Of a stretch of DNA of 64,000 nucleotides, positions 10,640-22,217 are shown piece after piece. Numbering within the stretch: the stretch's first letter is position 1; each line of letters begins with the position of its first letter. The notes under the pieces are model-generated. The model did no database searches, was not told the origin of the DNA, and saw nothing but the letters and a program-made list of their open reading frames with translations. The stretch comes from Squalus acanthias (Eukaryota): NCBI GenBank assembly GCA_030390025.1, contig CM059432.1, forward strand, positions 85,066,001-85,130,000, written 5' to 3'. The position numbers and the translations under genes are program-made.

Positions 10640-13540
10640 TCATTGATCTTTCCTTGTTTCGGTTGTGGCTTTTTGCAAATCCAGATCTTCAGGCGTTGCC
10701 AAGCATCGTGTGGAAGAGTCGGCGACACTGACTGACTGACCGTCGTCAGTAGTTCGATCATATCCATTTTCTGTGTCGTGCTTCAAGCTGGGTCTTGAAA
10801 GACAGTGTACGACTGCACCTTGTATTATTCCTCCATTTCGGTATCCCGCAGGACATCTTTTGAGATTGTCTATGGAGACACTTTTAAGAATATGCTTCCC
10901 ATTCGGCTGATTAATATGTATTTTAACTGCTCTTTCATTAATAACAGAATGTATTTGAACAGGTTTTTTCCACTTCGGTCTTAAACCAGGTTTTTGCTCG
11001 AACTTCTTTTCCTGTACCCATTCTCCTGCTAGGGGTTGCCATGCTTTGTTTGTCAATTTTTTCTGCCTATTTGCCTCCCTTATCCTCTGATCAATTTGAT
11101 GAATCTCCTCTGTTACTTTTTTTTAAATCTAACTGTCGCTGTCGAGTCAAAGACTCAGAGAGTGTAGAGGCAATAAAAGAACTATGGGTAAGCGGTGTAT
11201 GCATCTCAACCCCATACATCAGACAATATGGAGTTTTAGGGGACACTGTCCCTGGTGCAGATGCGGGCACATTATTAAGTGATAGCTGCACCTCCGGAAG
11301 GATGGTGGTCCACTTATTTCCCCTGATTCTCAACAGTTTGACCAATAGCTTTATTACTTCCTGGTTTTTACGTTCCACCAGCCCCGCTGATTGCGGATGA
11401 CGTGGCGTGCTGTGCTCTAAGCCAATCCCCCTTTGTTCACAGTAGGCTTTGAAGACCTTGGAGACAAAGGCTCCGCCTTGATCGGAGTGTAAGATTTTGG
11501 GTGCACCAGCTACAGTAATTATGTCAGCATTGGCGAGTGCATTTTCCGAAACAATTTTTGTGGGGACCAGCCAGCAGAAGGAAGTGCATCCATCTACATA
11601 AACGAGAACATGTCTGTATCCCAAAGACGGGGGAAGTGGTCCAATAAAGTCAATAAAGAATTTTCCCATTGGCTCATCAGCTTTCACAGGAGCCAATGGT
11701 GGTGGCTTAATTAGTGATGACTTATTGGTTAAATAGCATGGTTTGCCACATATGTTTTACAGGCCTTAAGCATGCCTGGCCACCAATGTAAGGGGGTCAA
11801 TTTGCAGAATGTTGTTCTGGCACCACAATGTGCTTGACCTATGCCCTCGTGAGCTTCTTTTACAAGTTGTTCTCGTTTGTGTCTCGGGGGTACTTCTCGG
11901 TTTCCGTTGGGCAACTTAACTAGCACAATACCCGTAGGGGTTTCCGAGTAAAAGTACTTTGATGGATATCCTGGTGGATTCTCTTTTGTTGGGTCTAATA
12001 GCTGAATCAGTTCCTCATCCTGATTAGCTGCCCGTTCTGCCCTAGTGATTACACTAATATTGGCAGGCCCCTCTCGAGGGGGTGTCATGCAGACCGAACG
12101 TTTTGCTTGTTCGTCTGCAAGACTGTTTCCTTTTGAGTGTACTGTCCCAGTGGTATGCCCGTTTACATGAATCACCTGACAATTCTGTTTCTCCATTCTC
12201 GAACGGAGAATGTCTTCCCACAATGACTTATGTTTTATGGGTTTACCCTTATGATTGATAAAATTTGTTTGTTCCCAGAAAACCAGATCTTGGTTATATC
12301 CTTTTTTACAGTAGTCACTATCCGTACAGATTAGTATGGGTTTAATACGGTCTGCCTTTTCTAAAGCATACCGTAATGCTGCGGCTTCAGCATATTGTGC
12401 TCTCTTATGGCCAAGGGGTATGGACAGTAATTCTTCTGGATAAAAAGAATAGGAATCTCGAAAAGTCCCTACTACTATCCCCATCCCAGCTGAGGATTGT
12501 TGGGATGTCCCTTTTTTAATTGTCATTGAAGATCCATCACAGTAAATGACTTGATGGTACTCTGTAAGTGGTCTCATAGGTATTTGTCTGATTTCCTCCT
12601 CCGTATCATCATCCTCCATGATGGGGAGATGCTCTAAGTCCATTTCCAGGGAGAGGAATTTAAAAATGAGTGTAGGATCATTCAAGAACGATGCCCATTT
12701 ATCATATCGGATCTGGGTGGCTCTTTTTTCATCAGAGGCCATCCTCAATACTGATCTTAAATCGGGAATCTCAGTATAGATGGTAATGGGGTATTTCTCT
12801 TGAAGGGTTCGTGCCTTGATGAGGCATTGGACTACCATAGTCATGACCCTTTCTTTTTTAATGTACCTCCTTTCGACATTGGAAAAGTTATTAGAATGGA
12901 ACTGAATGGGCACTATGCTCTTTTCATTATAGAAAACTGCAACTGCCACTTTAGGTGATGACCTGAGATGAATATTGAGGGGAACTTGTAAGTCCCTCTG
13001 TTCCAGGTCTATGGCTTTTTGTACCTCTCGGCATAATTGTTGCTATTTTGAGTAATCGTCTGGTGAAAATATGAATGGTCCTTTTGCTGCTTCGCCCACT
13101 CTAGCATACAGGGGTGCTGAGAGCTCGGCAAAGGTTGGCGTAAAGGATCGAGCAAAATTCAGGAGTCCTAAACTTGCTTGCAGATTTTTCAGACTTTTAG
13201 GATATTGAATGGTGGCTAATTTTTCTTTATAGGATTGAGTTAATCCTCTACCGTTTCCAGTTATTCGCAGGCCCAGAAAATTTACCTCTTCCCTAACTAG
13301 CTGACTCTTTTTTATGTAGATTAAGTACCCAGCGGTTGTAAGTCTGGATAAAACGCTATCAATGGCTTTCAAGTGCTCTTGGAGATTGTCATGTGACAGA
13401 TATATATCGTCCACGTAAGAATTGACGTTAGGTAGGTCTTTTAAAAGGTCAATGATGTGGACTGAAAAGAGAACGGGACTGTTTTGAAATCCCTGGGGCA
13501 ATCTGGTCCAGCAGTACTGATAACCATCGGGTCCAGTCAC
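10640..13540 (-). pseudogene. pol: Endogenous foamy-virus-like pol (RT C-terminal half, tether, RNase H, integrase); 5'-truncated, one in-frame stop and about 2 frameshifts
   Basis: YCWTRLPQGFQNSP, YVDD. RNase H DGS/AQYAE/TDS/KPIKH/GNSLAD. IN GYPSKY, KFFIDFIGPLPPS, HSDQG-(D35E)-VERKN, LRPKWKKP, VSIDNLK. These are spumavirus-type motifs. Confidence 0.92.
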
Positions 13541-13830
13541 CCCCAATTTTTTCCCGGCCCCTGATCACCAATCTTCTCCCGGCCCCTGATCCCCAATCTT
13601 CTCCCGGCCCCTGATCCCCAATTTTCTCCCAGCCCCTGATCCCCAATCTTCTCCCAGCCCCTGATCCCCAATCTTCTCCCAGCCCCTGATCCTCGATCTT
13701 CTCCCAGCCCCTGACCCCCACCCCCCTGATCTTCTCCCGGCCCCTCACCCCCGATCTTCTCCTGGCCCCTGACCCCCAATCTTCTCCAAGTCCGACCCCT
13801 CGATCTTCTCCCGGCACGAGCCCCACACGA
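13541..13830 (+). repeat. C-rich minisatellite (~23-bp CCCCTGATCCCCAATCTTCTCCC(A/G)G), right part
   Basis: About ten tandem units directly visible. Confidence 0.9.
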
Positions 13831-14505
13831 TCCCTCCCTCCCTCCTCTGTGCGGCCTAGTGCCGCAGACCTACTTCAATCTGGCTGGCTGTGGGTGGGAA
13901 ACAGAGGCTTCACATTGAAATCAGGCCCTGCTGTTAAAGTCGGCAGGGCCTGCGGGAAACCCGTTCTCCGGGGTTTCCCTAGCGCCTCGGAACCCCCCAC
14001 CCCACTGCCCCCAACCCGAATTTCCCATTAAAAATCAGCCCATATTGTGCAATTTTGGCCATGATACTTAAACTGAAGGGTAATACTAGCACATGGTTCT
14101 TTTCAATTGTGATTTGGAAGTTTAAATATTAATTATATTTTGATTATAATGTTATTATGGTAATTTCATCGAATTACTTCCACTAAGCCACTGCTATCAA
14201 ATTTTAATGAAAGCATTGCTCTACCACTGCATGATCTACAAGGCATTCTTTACATACTTATTGTTCCAATCATGAATCTTGTGCTATCTTGAATTTCATT
14301 CATATTAAGTGCAAATTGCATGCGAGACACTTTTACATGACTTTCACATCTCACCGACTTGTACAATTTATGTAAGAAGCAAAAGAAAAATTTATGATGC
14401 AGGATCAGTCACTGAACCATGGAAACATTATCCATGACTTTTACGGATGGAAGAGTAATTCATTTCAGAGTCAGGATCAGAATTTTCTTTTAAATATAAA
14501 TCATT

Positions 14506-15250
14506 GGCTCAAAAATTCATCCCGGTGCGCGAGAGTACGCACTGCGTACTCTCGCGTATTCCCTCTGCAATTGCCGGTTTTCTGCATGCCCTGCGCATGC
14601 GCTGAAAACCGGCAATTGCTCTTTTGAAAAGGGGGCGGTTCCTCGGTGCATCGCGTGCGCGCTACAGGCTGCGCGCACGCTGTGCACTTCATGCTTTGGA
14701 CGCGCAGGTAAGTACTGAAGATTTTAGAAATGTAAAAAGGAGGAGTAAGACCCACTTTTAACAAGGTAAGTAGTGAATTAAGTATTTTTTTGAATTTTTT
14801 TTTACAGGTATATCTTTTTTAGAGACTTTAAAGACAGGTAAGTTTATTTTTTATAACTTTTTAAAAGATTTTAAATTTTTTCAAAAATTTAATTTTTTAT
14901 TTAAAATGGTTAATTTATTTAACTATACTTATTTTATTAATGTGATGGTTTTTTTTAAAAATTTAATTGAGGTTTAGCTGTTATTTTGGGGGGTGGTAAG
15001 ATTCATAGATTTCACAGCATGTATCTGAAACTTATGAATGGAAGATGGTGTGCTGCCATTGGCTCTAACTGAGTCACGTGTTCCCACAGCTCGCACGAAT
15101 TCACTACGCCGGTGGGATACGCAAGCACTGCCCGGCTGATGTCTGGAACATCAAGTTCGTGCGAGCTGGATCTGAAAAAGCACAAGCGAGGTGAGAGATC
15201 GCGGGGAAGGCTTACCCCCGCGGGAACAGAGCGAGATCAATTTCTGGGCC
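14506..15250 (+). mobile_element. Non-autonomous Harbinger-type element (MITE)
   Basis: TIRs GGCTCAAAAATT / AATTTCTGGGCC, TSD ATT/ATT. Related to 1-359 and 36183-37171. Confidence 0.85.
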
Positions 15251-16016
15251 ATTATTACATCAGGTAAGAAGTAACATAATGGAAATGAGTAAGGTGGATT
15301 CATGGTTATGATATTGGACTAGCAACCCACAAGTCATGAATTTAAATCCCATGAGATTGAATTCAATAATCTAGTAATTTGTATGAATCATAGAATCTTA
15401 GAAATTTACAGCACAGAAGGATGCCATTCGGCTAGCCATGGCCAAGTATTCTAGCCATTAAAATTGCAGTTTTGTTATTAAAAACCCAACTGGTTCATCA
15501 GTGTCCATCACAGAAGGGAACCTCCACCCCTACTCAGTCTGACCAATGCATGACCCCAGTCCCACAATGTGTGATTTTAACTCATTTCAGCTGACATTAA
15601 CGGGATGGTAAAGGCCTCAAAATGGGGTCGGGAGCCTTACCACCCCATTAACCCCAACGATGCAGCCAGCAACATTTTGAAAGGATCCACAAGAGAACTT
15701 AGAGGTATGCCCGACTGGCAAGAGCTATCAACTATGCCTGTTGTTCACTCTTTTCTACACAAAAGCACCATAGCAAGACTGAGCATGGCAATGATAATAG
15801 CTGTTCAATGATTCTACCAGCATTCCACTCAAATGTCAGTTGGCTCCCAAGTAATGCTTTCACCTCTGAGTTAGGAATTGTGAGAGAGACACATGGCAGC
15901 ACTGACGCTTCCTGGAGTCCTCAAGGGGATTAAAAACTGAACATTGTACATCGATAAATACTGTACAGCGGATTAACGAGGTGTGAAAACTGCTCGAAAT
16001 AGCTGGCGCACTTAAT

Positions 16017-17459
16017 GGGCCGTATTTTGTGACCCCTACGGGTGCGTACGAGTTGGGCACGCGCCCTGCAAGGGCCACACAAGTTCCGGGTTTAGGCATA
16101 GAAGCTCATGCACGAAAACCCGGAAATTGCGATCTGTCAAGAAATCTCTTGACAGAAGGACCTCCATGGGCGGAGAGTTGCGCTATTTGCACAACTTCCG
16201 CCCGCTGAATGCTTGTGAAATTCTTACACCTGGTAAAAACAGGCATAAGGCCTGCTTTTACCAGCATAAGAGTTTTATAAAATAGAAAAATAAAACTTTA
16301 TCACTCATTTCTACATTAAAAACCCTGTCCAATAAGATAAGTTTATTTTTAGCCCCGTTAAAACATATAGGGCCAGATATTCCGATCCCTACGGGTGCTG
16401 CGTACACACCCGTAGGGACATCGGAAATGCCGGTTTCAGGCATGCCAAGCGCATGCGCTGAAAACCGGCATTTCCAATCTGTCAAGAATGCTCTTGACAG
16501 ATCGGACGCCTGCCCTAGAGATGGGCCTCTGTGGGCAGAGAGTTTCGCTTTCTGGAGAACCTCCACCCGCAGAAAACCCTTAGAATTCTCACGCCTAGGT
16601 AAAAGCTTTTACCAGCATAAGAGTCGAAAAAAGTAAAAAAAAAAAATTCACTCATTTATCATTTAAAAATACTTTTTAAGAAAAAGGTAAGTTTATTTTT
16701 CGCCCAGTAAAAAATTTTAATTATTTTTTTCAAAAAATTAAATTTTTGTTTAAATATTTAATTTATTGTAATTTCAACTAATTTAAAAAATGTGATTTAA
16801 AACATTTTTTATTTAATGCTTTACAGTTTTTGGGGTGATCTCCATTCATATATTTGACAGGTCTATCTGTCAAATATATGAAGGGAGATTCCCTTCTCTA
16901 ATTGGCTCCCTGCATGCGCCTCTGGGATACGTGGGCCCTGCGCATTTTGAGTTGGAGAGGTTCAGGAGCGGAAGTGTCCGGACCTCGGGAGCCCTCAGGT
17001 ACGTCCGTAGATTTTTTCCAGATCGGAGGCCTCTGTACGCAGGAAGCCTCCAATCAGAAAATACGGCCCATTATTTTTTTTCAAAAAATTACATTTTTGT
17101 TTAAACTATTTAATTAAATGGTATTTTAATTAATTTTAAATATGTAATTTAAAAAAATTTATTTCATGTATTTTTTAAGTGATCCCCATTCATACTTATG
17201 GGGATTCCATACGTATGGAACTCCCATAAGTATGAATGAGGATTCCCTTCTTTTATTGGTTGGGCCGGCCCACGTGATCCCAGGGGTGCTTGAGAACCAC
17301 TTGCGCCCCTGGAATACGTGGGCCTCTACCTGCGGGTACCCGGAGAGGCCCAGGAGTGCGAGTCTCCCGTACCTCCCAGACCACCAGGTAAATTCATAGA
17401 TTTTTTTACAGGTCGGAGGCATACGCCTGCGGGAAGCCTCCGACTGCAAATTTTGGGCC
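16017..17459 (+). mobile_element. Harbinger-type MITE (outer copy)
   Basis: TIRs GGGCCGTATTTT / AAATTTTGGGCC, TSD AAT/AAT. Confidence 0.82.
16370..17069 (+). mobile_element. Harbinger-type MITE of the same family nested in the outer copy
   Basis: TIRs GGGCCAGATATT / AAAATACGGCCC, flanks ATA/ATT. The host sequence resumes collinearly at 17070. Confidence 0.82.
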
Positions 17460-17656
17460 AATATGTTATTAATTCCTTTTTAAAGATGCAATAACTCCTA
17501 TGGTACAGGCAAATGGTTAGCACTATTTGCCTGATATAGGCGGCCACCCAAGCGTGGATGGTATAAGCGGTCGGGACTGTATATAGAATTAAAGAGATGT
17601 TGAAGACAGAATTCAGAAATCCAAAAGTCTGCAGAGCATCCTGGATTTTGCCACTA

Positions 17657-17746
17657 TCACAGTGACTACACTTCAAAAGTACTTCATTGGCTGTGAAACG
17701 TTTTGAGACATCTTGAGGTCATGAAAAGTATTATATAAATGCAAGC
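17657..17746 (+). mobile_element. DeuSINE (AmnSINE1/SacSINE1-like) 3' tail fragment
   Basis: CAGTGACTACACTTCAAAAGTACTTCATTGGCTGT...TATATAAATGCAAG resembles the tail of this SINE family (recognised from memory). Confidence 0.6.
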
Positions 17747-17974
17747 TCTTTTCTCTTTTTTCCTTAGTGAAAGCAAAGTTGGTGTCTATGTCCTAGAAAT
17801 AACGAGCGAGGAAATCTAATACTAATAATAACCTGCAGATTTGGTTCCACTATGATTAGTGAAAGGTTCCCATCAAATGACCAGAAATTTATTATTCTTC
17901 AAGAAATCAATGATATCACCAGAATCTCAACATATCATGTAGACCGAACACAATCTCGACTTCAATACAAAAGG

Positions 17975-18100
17975 CAAAATACTGCAGATGCAGGAAATTT
18001 GAAATATAAACAAAAGTGCTGGAAATACTCAGCAGGTCAGGCAGCATCTGTGGAGAGAGAAACAGAGTTAATGTTTCAGGTGTGTGACCCTTCGTCAGAA
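17975..18100 (-). mobile_element. Penelope-like element terminus with hammerhead core
   Basis: Minus strand CTGACGA-AGGGTCACACACCT-GAAA-CATTA. Related copies at 37893-38075 and 53930-54030. Confidence 0.6.
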
Positions 18101-18324
18101 TACATTTCTCACTTTCCTACTGGAAAGAACACACCAACTGGAGTTGCACAGAACTTTTACTGTCTGACAGGCTGTGCAAGAGTCCAAGGATGGAACCCAT
18201 GTGACAATCAGGTCTCTACACTTCAAGCTGAATGCATACATGAACAGGAACGGATACCACTCCATTAATGTGCAGGTAATTTCTGAGCACAGAAGTGTGA
18301 TCCTGCATGTTAATGCCCATCATC

Positions 18325-18785
18325 AGGATGAGGCCGAGGATGGGAAATTATAGTAATGAGAGATGCTTGAGATATGGGAATATTTTCAGTGGAGCTATGA
18401 AGGCTAAGAGGAGATTTATCAGCTGTTCTTAAAATTGTGAAAGATTTTGATAGGGTGAACAGGGATAAACTGATTCTTCTGGTTGGGGAGTCAATGATGA
18501 AGGTTCATCAATTTAAAACCATCACTAAGAGAGTGAGGAGAGAGTTGAGGAGAACTTTATTTACTCAGAGGTTTGTTGGAGTATATAATGCTTTGCCACA
18601 GGAAGTGGTTGAGGCAGATACTATTGCATCTTTAAAAAGGAAAATTGGATAAATATTTGAAGCAGAGAGAGATACAGGACTATGGGCAGTAGGGTTAGTT
18701 TTGGAATGTCCCAACAAAGAGCCAACACAGACATGATGGGCCGAATGGTCTCCTTCTGTGCTATAAACTTCTATGGTTCTATTAT
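18325..18785 (+). mobile_element. Old CR1 LINE 3' fragment
   Basis: DFDRVNRDKL...FTQRFVGVYNALPQEVVEA and CR1 tail. Confidence 0.8.
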
Positions 18786-19239
18786 CCAGGGAGCAGCCAT
18801 GATGCTTTTATTATGCAGCAGTTCATGAAGCCTCCATTATTTGACAGACCTGAGAGAATGAGAATGCTGTTGGGAAGCCAGGGCTACCCTTTACAGCCCT
18901 AACTGCTGACCCCAATTAGAAACCCAATGCAAAGTTCTGTTCTACAATCCAACCAAAATCTGCAGAATTATCGCTCTGCTAAATGCGGCACACTTTTGCC
19001 ATCGAAAGAGGAGTGAGTTTGCAGCTGGATGAGGAGAAGGTTCATGGGCTTCAGCCCCACAGGAAGATGATAAAGAAGAGCATGACAACATCAACAGAGA
19101 TGTTGTGCACACCGTGGTAACCTGTGGATTTTTAAAAATTCATTCATGGGATGTGGACGTTGCCGGCAAGGCCAGCATTTATTATCCATCCCAAAATGCC
19201 CTCGAGGAGGTGGTGGTGAGCCTTTTTCTTGAGTACTGA

Positions 19240-22217
19240 AATAAAAATCTGCAATAAAAAGCTAGTATCAGTAATGGTGACCATGAAACTACCGGATTGC
19301 CATTAAAAACCCAACTCTTCACTCATGTCTTTTAGGGAAGGAAACCTGTCGTCCTTACCCGGTCTGGCCTATATGTGACTCCAGACCCACAGCAATGTGG
19401 TTGACTCTTAACTGCCCTCTGAAATGGCCTAGCAAGTCACTCAGTTGTATCAAACCACTACAAGAAAGAATAAAACTGGACGGACCACCCGGCATCGACC
19501 TCGGCATCGGACTTGGGAACAACAAAGTTTAGCCTAGTTGACCCTGCAAAGTCCTCTGCATTAACACTTGTGCCAAAATTGGGAGAGCTGTCCCACAGAA
19601 GTTTAGTCTGTCATACTCACAGAATCATACCTTTCAGCCAACGTCCCAAAATCCTCCATCACCACCGGCAGGACAGACCCACCAGAGGTGGCAGCACAGT
19701 GGTATACAGTCGGGAGAGAGTGGCCCTGGGAGTCCTCAACATTTACTCCGGACCCCATGAAGTCTCATGGCATCAGGTCAAACATGGGCAAGGAAACCTG
19801 CTGCTGATTACCAACAGCACCACTTGGAAGAAGGGTACTGAGCGTAGTGGGGAACTTCAAGGTCCATCACTAAGAGTAATTCGGTAGCACCACTACTGAC
19901 CGAGCTTACCGAGTCATGAAGGACATAGCTGCCAAACTGGGCCTACAGCAGGTGGCATCTGTCCATGACAGTATTGGTAGGAGTGACCACCACACAGTCC
20001 TTATGGAGATAAAGTCCTGCCTTCACACTGAGGATACCCTCCATCGTGTTCTGTGGCACAACCATCGTGCTAAATGGGTTTCATTCACAACAGATCTAGC
20101 AGCTCAAAACTAGGCATCATTCTGCACCATCAGCAGCAGCAGAATTGTATTCCACCACAATTTGTAAACTCATGGCCCAGCATATTACCATCAAGCTAGA
20201 GGACCAACTCAGGTTCAATGAGGAGTGTAGAAAAGCATGCCAGGAGCAGCACCAGGTGTACCTGAAAATGAGGTGCCTACATGGGGAAGCTACAACAGAG
20301 GACTACATGAATGCTGAACAGCGGAGCAGCATGTTATAAACAGAGCTAAGCGATCCCAGAAACAATGGATCAGATCAAAGCTCTGCAGTCCTGCCACATC
20401 CAGTCGTGAATGGTGGTGGACAATAAAATAACTGACGGGAGGAGGAGGCTCCATGAACATCACCATCCTCAATGATGGCAGAGCCCATGCACGTGAGTGC
20501 AAAAGACAAGGCTGAAGTGTTTGCAACCATCTTCAGCCAGAAGTGCCGAGTGGTGATACATCTGGATCGCCTCCCGAGGTCCCCACCATCGGAGAAGCCA
20601 GTCTTCAGCCAATTTGATTCACTCCAGGTGATATCAAGAAACGGTTGAGCGCACTGGATACAGCAAAGGCTATGGGCCCCGACAACATCCCGGCTGTCGT
20701 GCTGCAGACTTGTGCTCCAGAACTAGCCGCGCCTCTAGCTAAGCTGTTCCAGTACAGCTACAACACTGGCATCTACCCGACGATGTGGAAAATTGCCCAG
20801 GTATGTCCTGTCCACAAAAAGCAGAATAAATCCAATCCGGCCAATTACCACCCCATCAGTCTACTCTCAATCATTAGCAAAGTGATGGAAGGTGTCGTCG
20901 ACAGTACTATCAAGCAGCACTTACTCACCAATAAACTGCTCACCGATGCTCAGTTTGGGTTCCACCAGGACCACTCGGCTCCAGACCTCATTACAGCCTT
21001 GGTCCAAACATGGACAAAAGAGCTGAATTCCAGAGGTGAGGTGAGAGTGACTGTCCTCGACATCAAGGCAGCATTTGACCGAGTGTGGCATCAAGGAGCC
21101 GAGTAAAACTGAAGTCAATGGGAATCAGGGGGAAAGCTCGCCACTGTCTGGAGTCACACCTAGCACTAAGAAGACGGTTGTGGTTGTTGGAGGCCAATCT
21201 GCTCAGCCCCAGGACATCGCTGCAGGAGTTCCTCAGGGCAGTATTCTAGGCCCAATCATCTTCAGCTGCTTCATCACTGAACTTCCCTACATTATAAGGT
21301 CAGAAGTGGGGATGTTTGCTGATGATTGCAGTGTTCAGTTCCACTCACAACTCCTCAGATAATGAAGCAGTCCATGCCCGCATGCAGCAAGACCTGGACA
21401 ACATTCAGGCTTGGGCTGATAAGTGGCAAGTAACATTCACGGCACACAAGTGCCAGGCAATGACCATCTACAACAAGAGAAAGTCTAAGCATCTCCCCTT
21501 TACATTCAATGGCATTACCATCGTCAAATCCCCCACCGTCAACATCCTGGAGGTCACCATTGACCAGAAACTTAACTGGATCAGCCACATAAATACTGTG
21601 GCTACAAGACCAGGTCAGAGGCTGGGTATTGTGCGGCGAGTGACTCACCTCCTGACTCCCCAAAGCATTTCCACCATCTACAAGGCAGAAGTCCAGAGTG
21701 TGATGGAATACTCCCCACTTGCCTGGATGGTTGCAGCTCCAGCAACACTCAAGAAGCTCGACACCATCCAAGACAAAGCAGCCCACTTGATTGGCACCCC
21801 ATCCACCACCTTAAACATTCACTCCCTCCACTACTAGTGTACCATGGCTGTAGTGTGTACCATCTGCAAGATGCACTGCAGCAACTCGCCAAGGCTTCTT
21901 CGGCAGCACCTCCCAAACCCGCAACCTCTACCACCTAGAAGGACAAGGGCAGCAGGAGCATGGGAACACCATCACCTCCAAGTTCCCCTCCAAGTCACAC
22001 ACCATCCTGACTTGGAAATATGTCGCCGTTCCTTCATCGTCACTGGGTCAAAATTCCTGGAACTCCCTACCTAACAGCACTGTGGGAGTACCTTCACCAA
22101 ACAGACTGCAGCGGTTCAAGAAGGCGACTCACTACCACCTTCTCAAGGGCAATTACGGATAGGCAATAAATGCTGGCCTTGCCAGTGAGGCCCACATCCT
22201 GTGAATGAATAAAAAAA
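19240..22217 (+). mobile_element. Non-LTR retrotransposon (APE + RT, CR1/L2 group but distinct from the CR1 copies here), frameshifted
   Basis: IGRSDHH (APE), AMGPDNIP, NYHPISLLS, LDIKAAFDRVWH, GVPQGSILGP, FADD. AATAAA/poly-A end. Confidence 0.88.

Larger units (their letters stand above)
8288..14041. mobile_element. Non-autonomous Harbinger-type element containing a C-rich minisatellite, host of the foamy-like provirus
   Basis: Termini GGGGGAAATTTTAA / TTAAAAATCAGCCC, flanks ATG/ATA. The same minisatellite lies on both sides of the viral insert. Confidence 0.65.

Noticed and set aside
15290..15350. tRNA gene
   Set aside because: Only a degenerate A/B-box-like head attached to repeat sequence, with no cloverleaf supportable.
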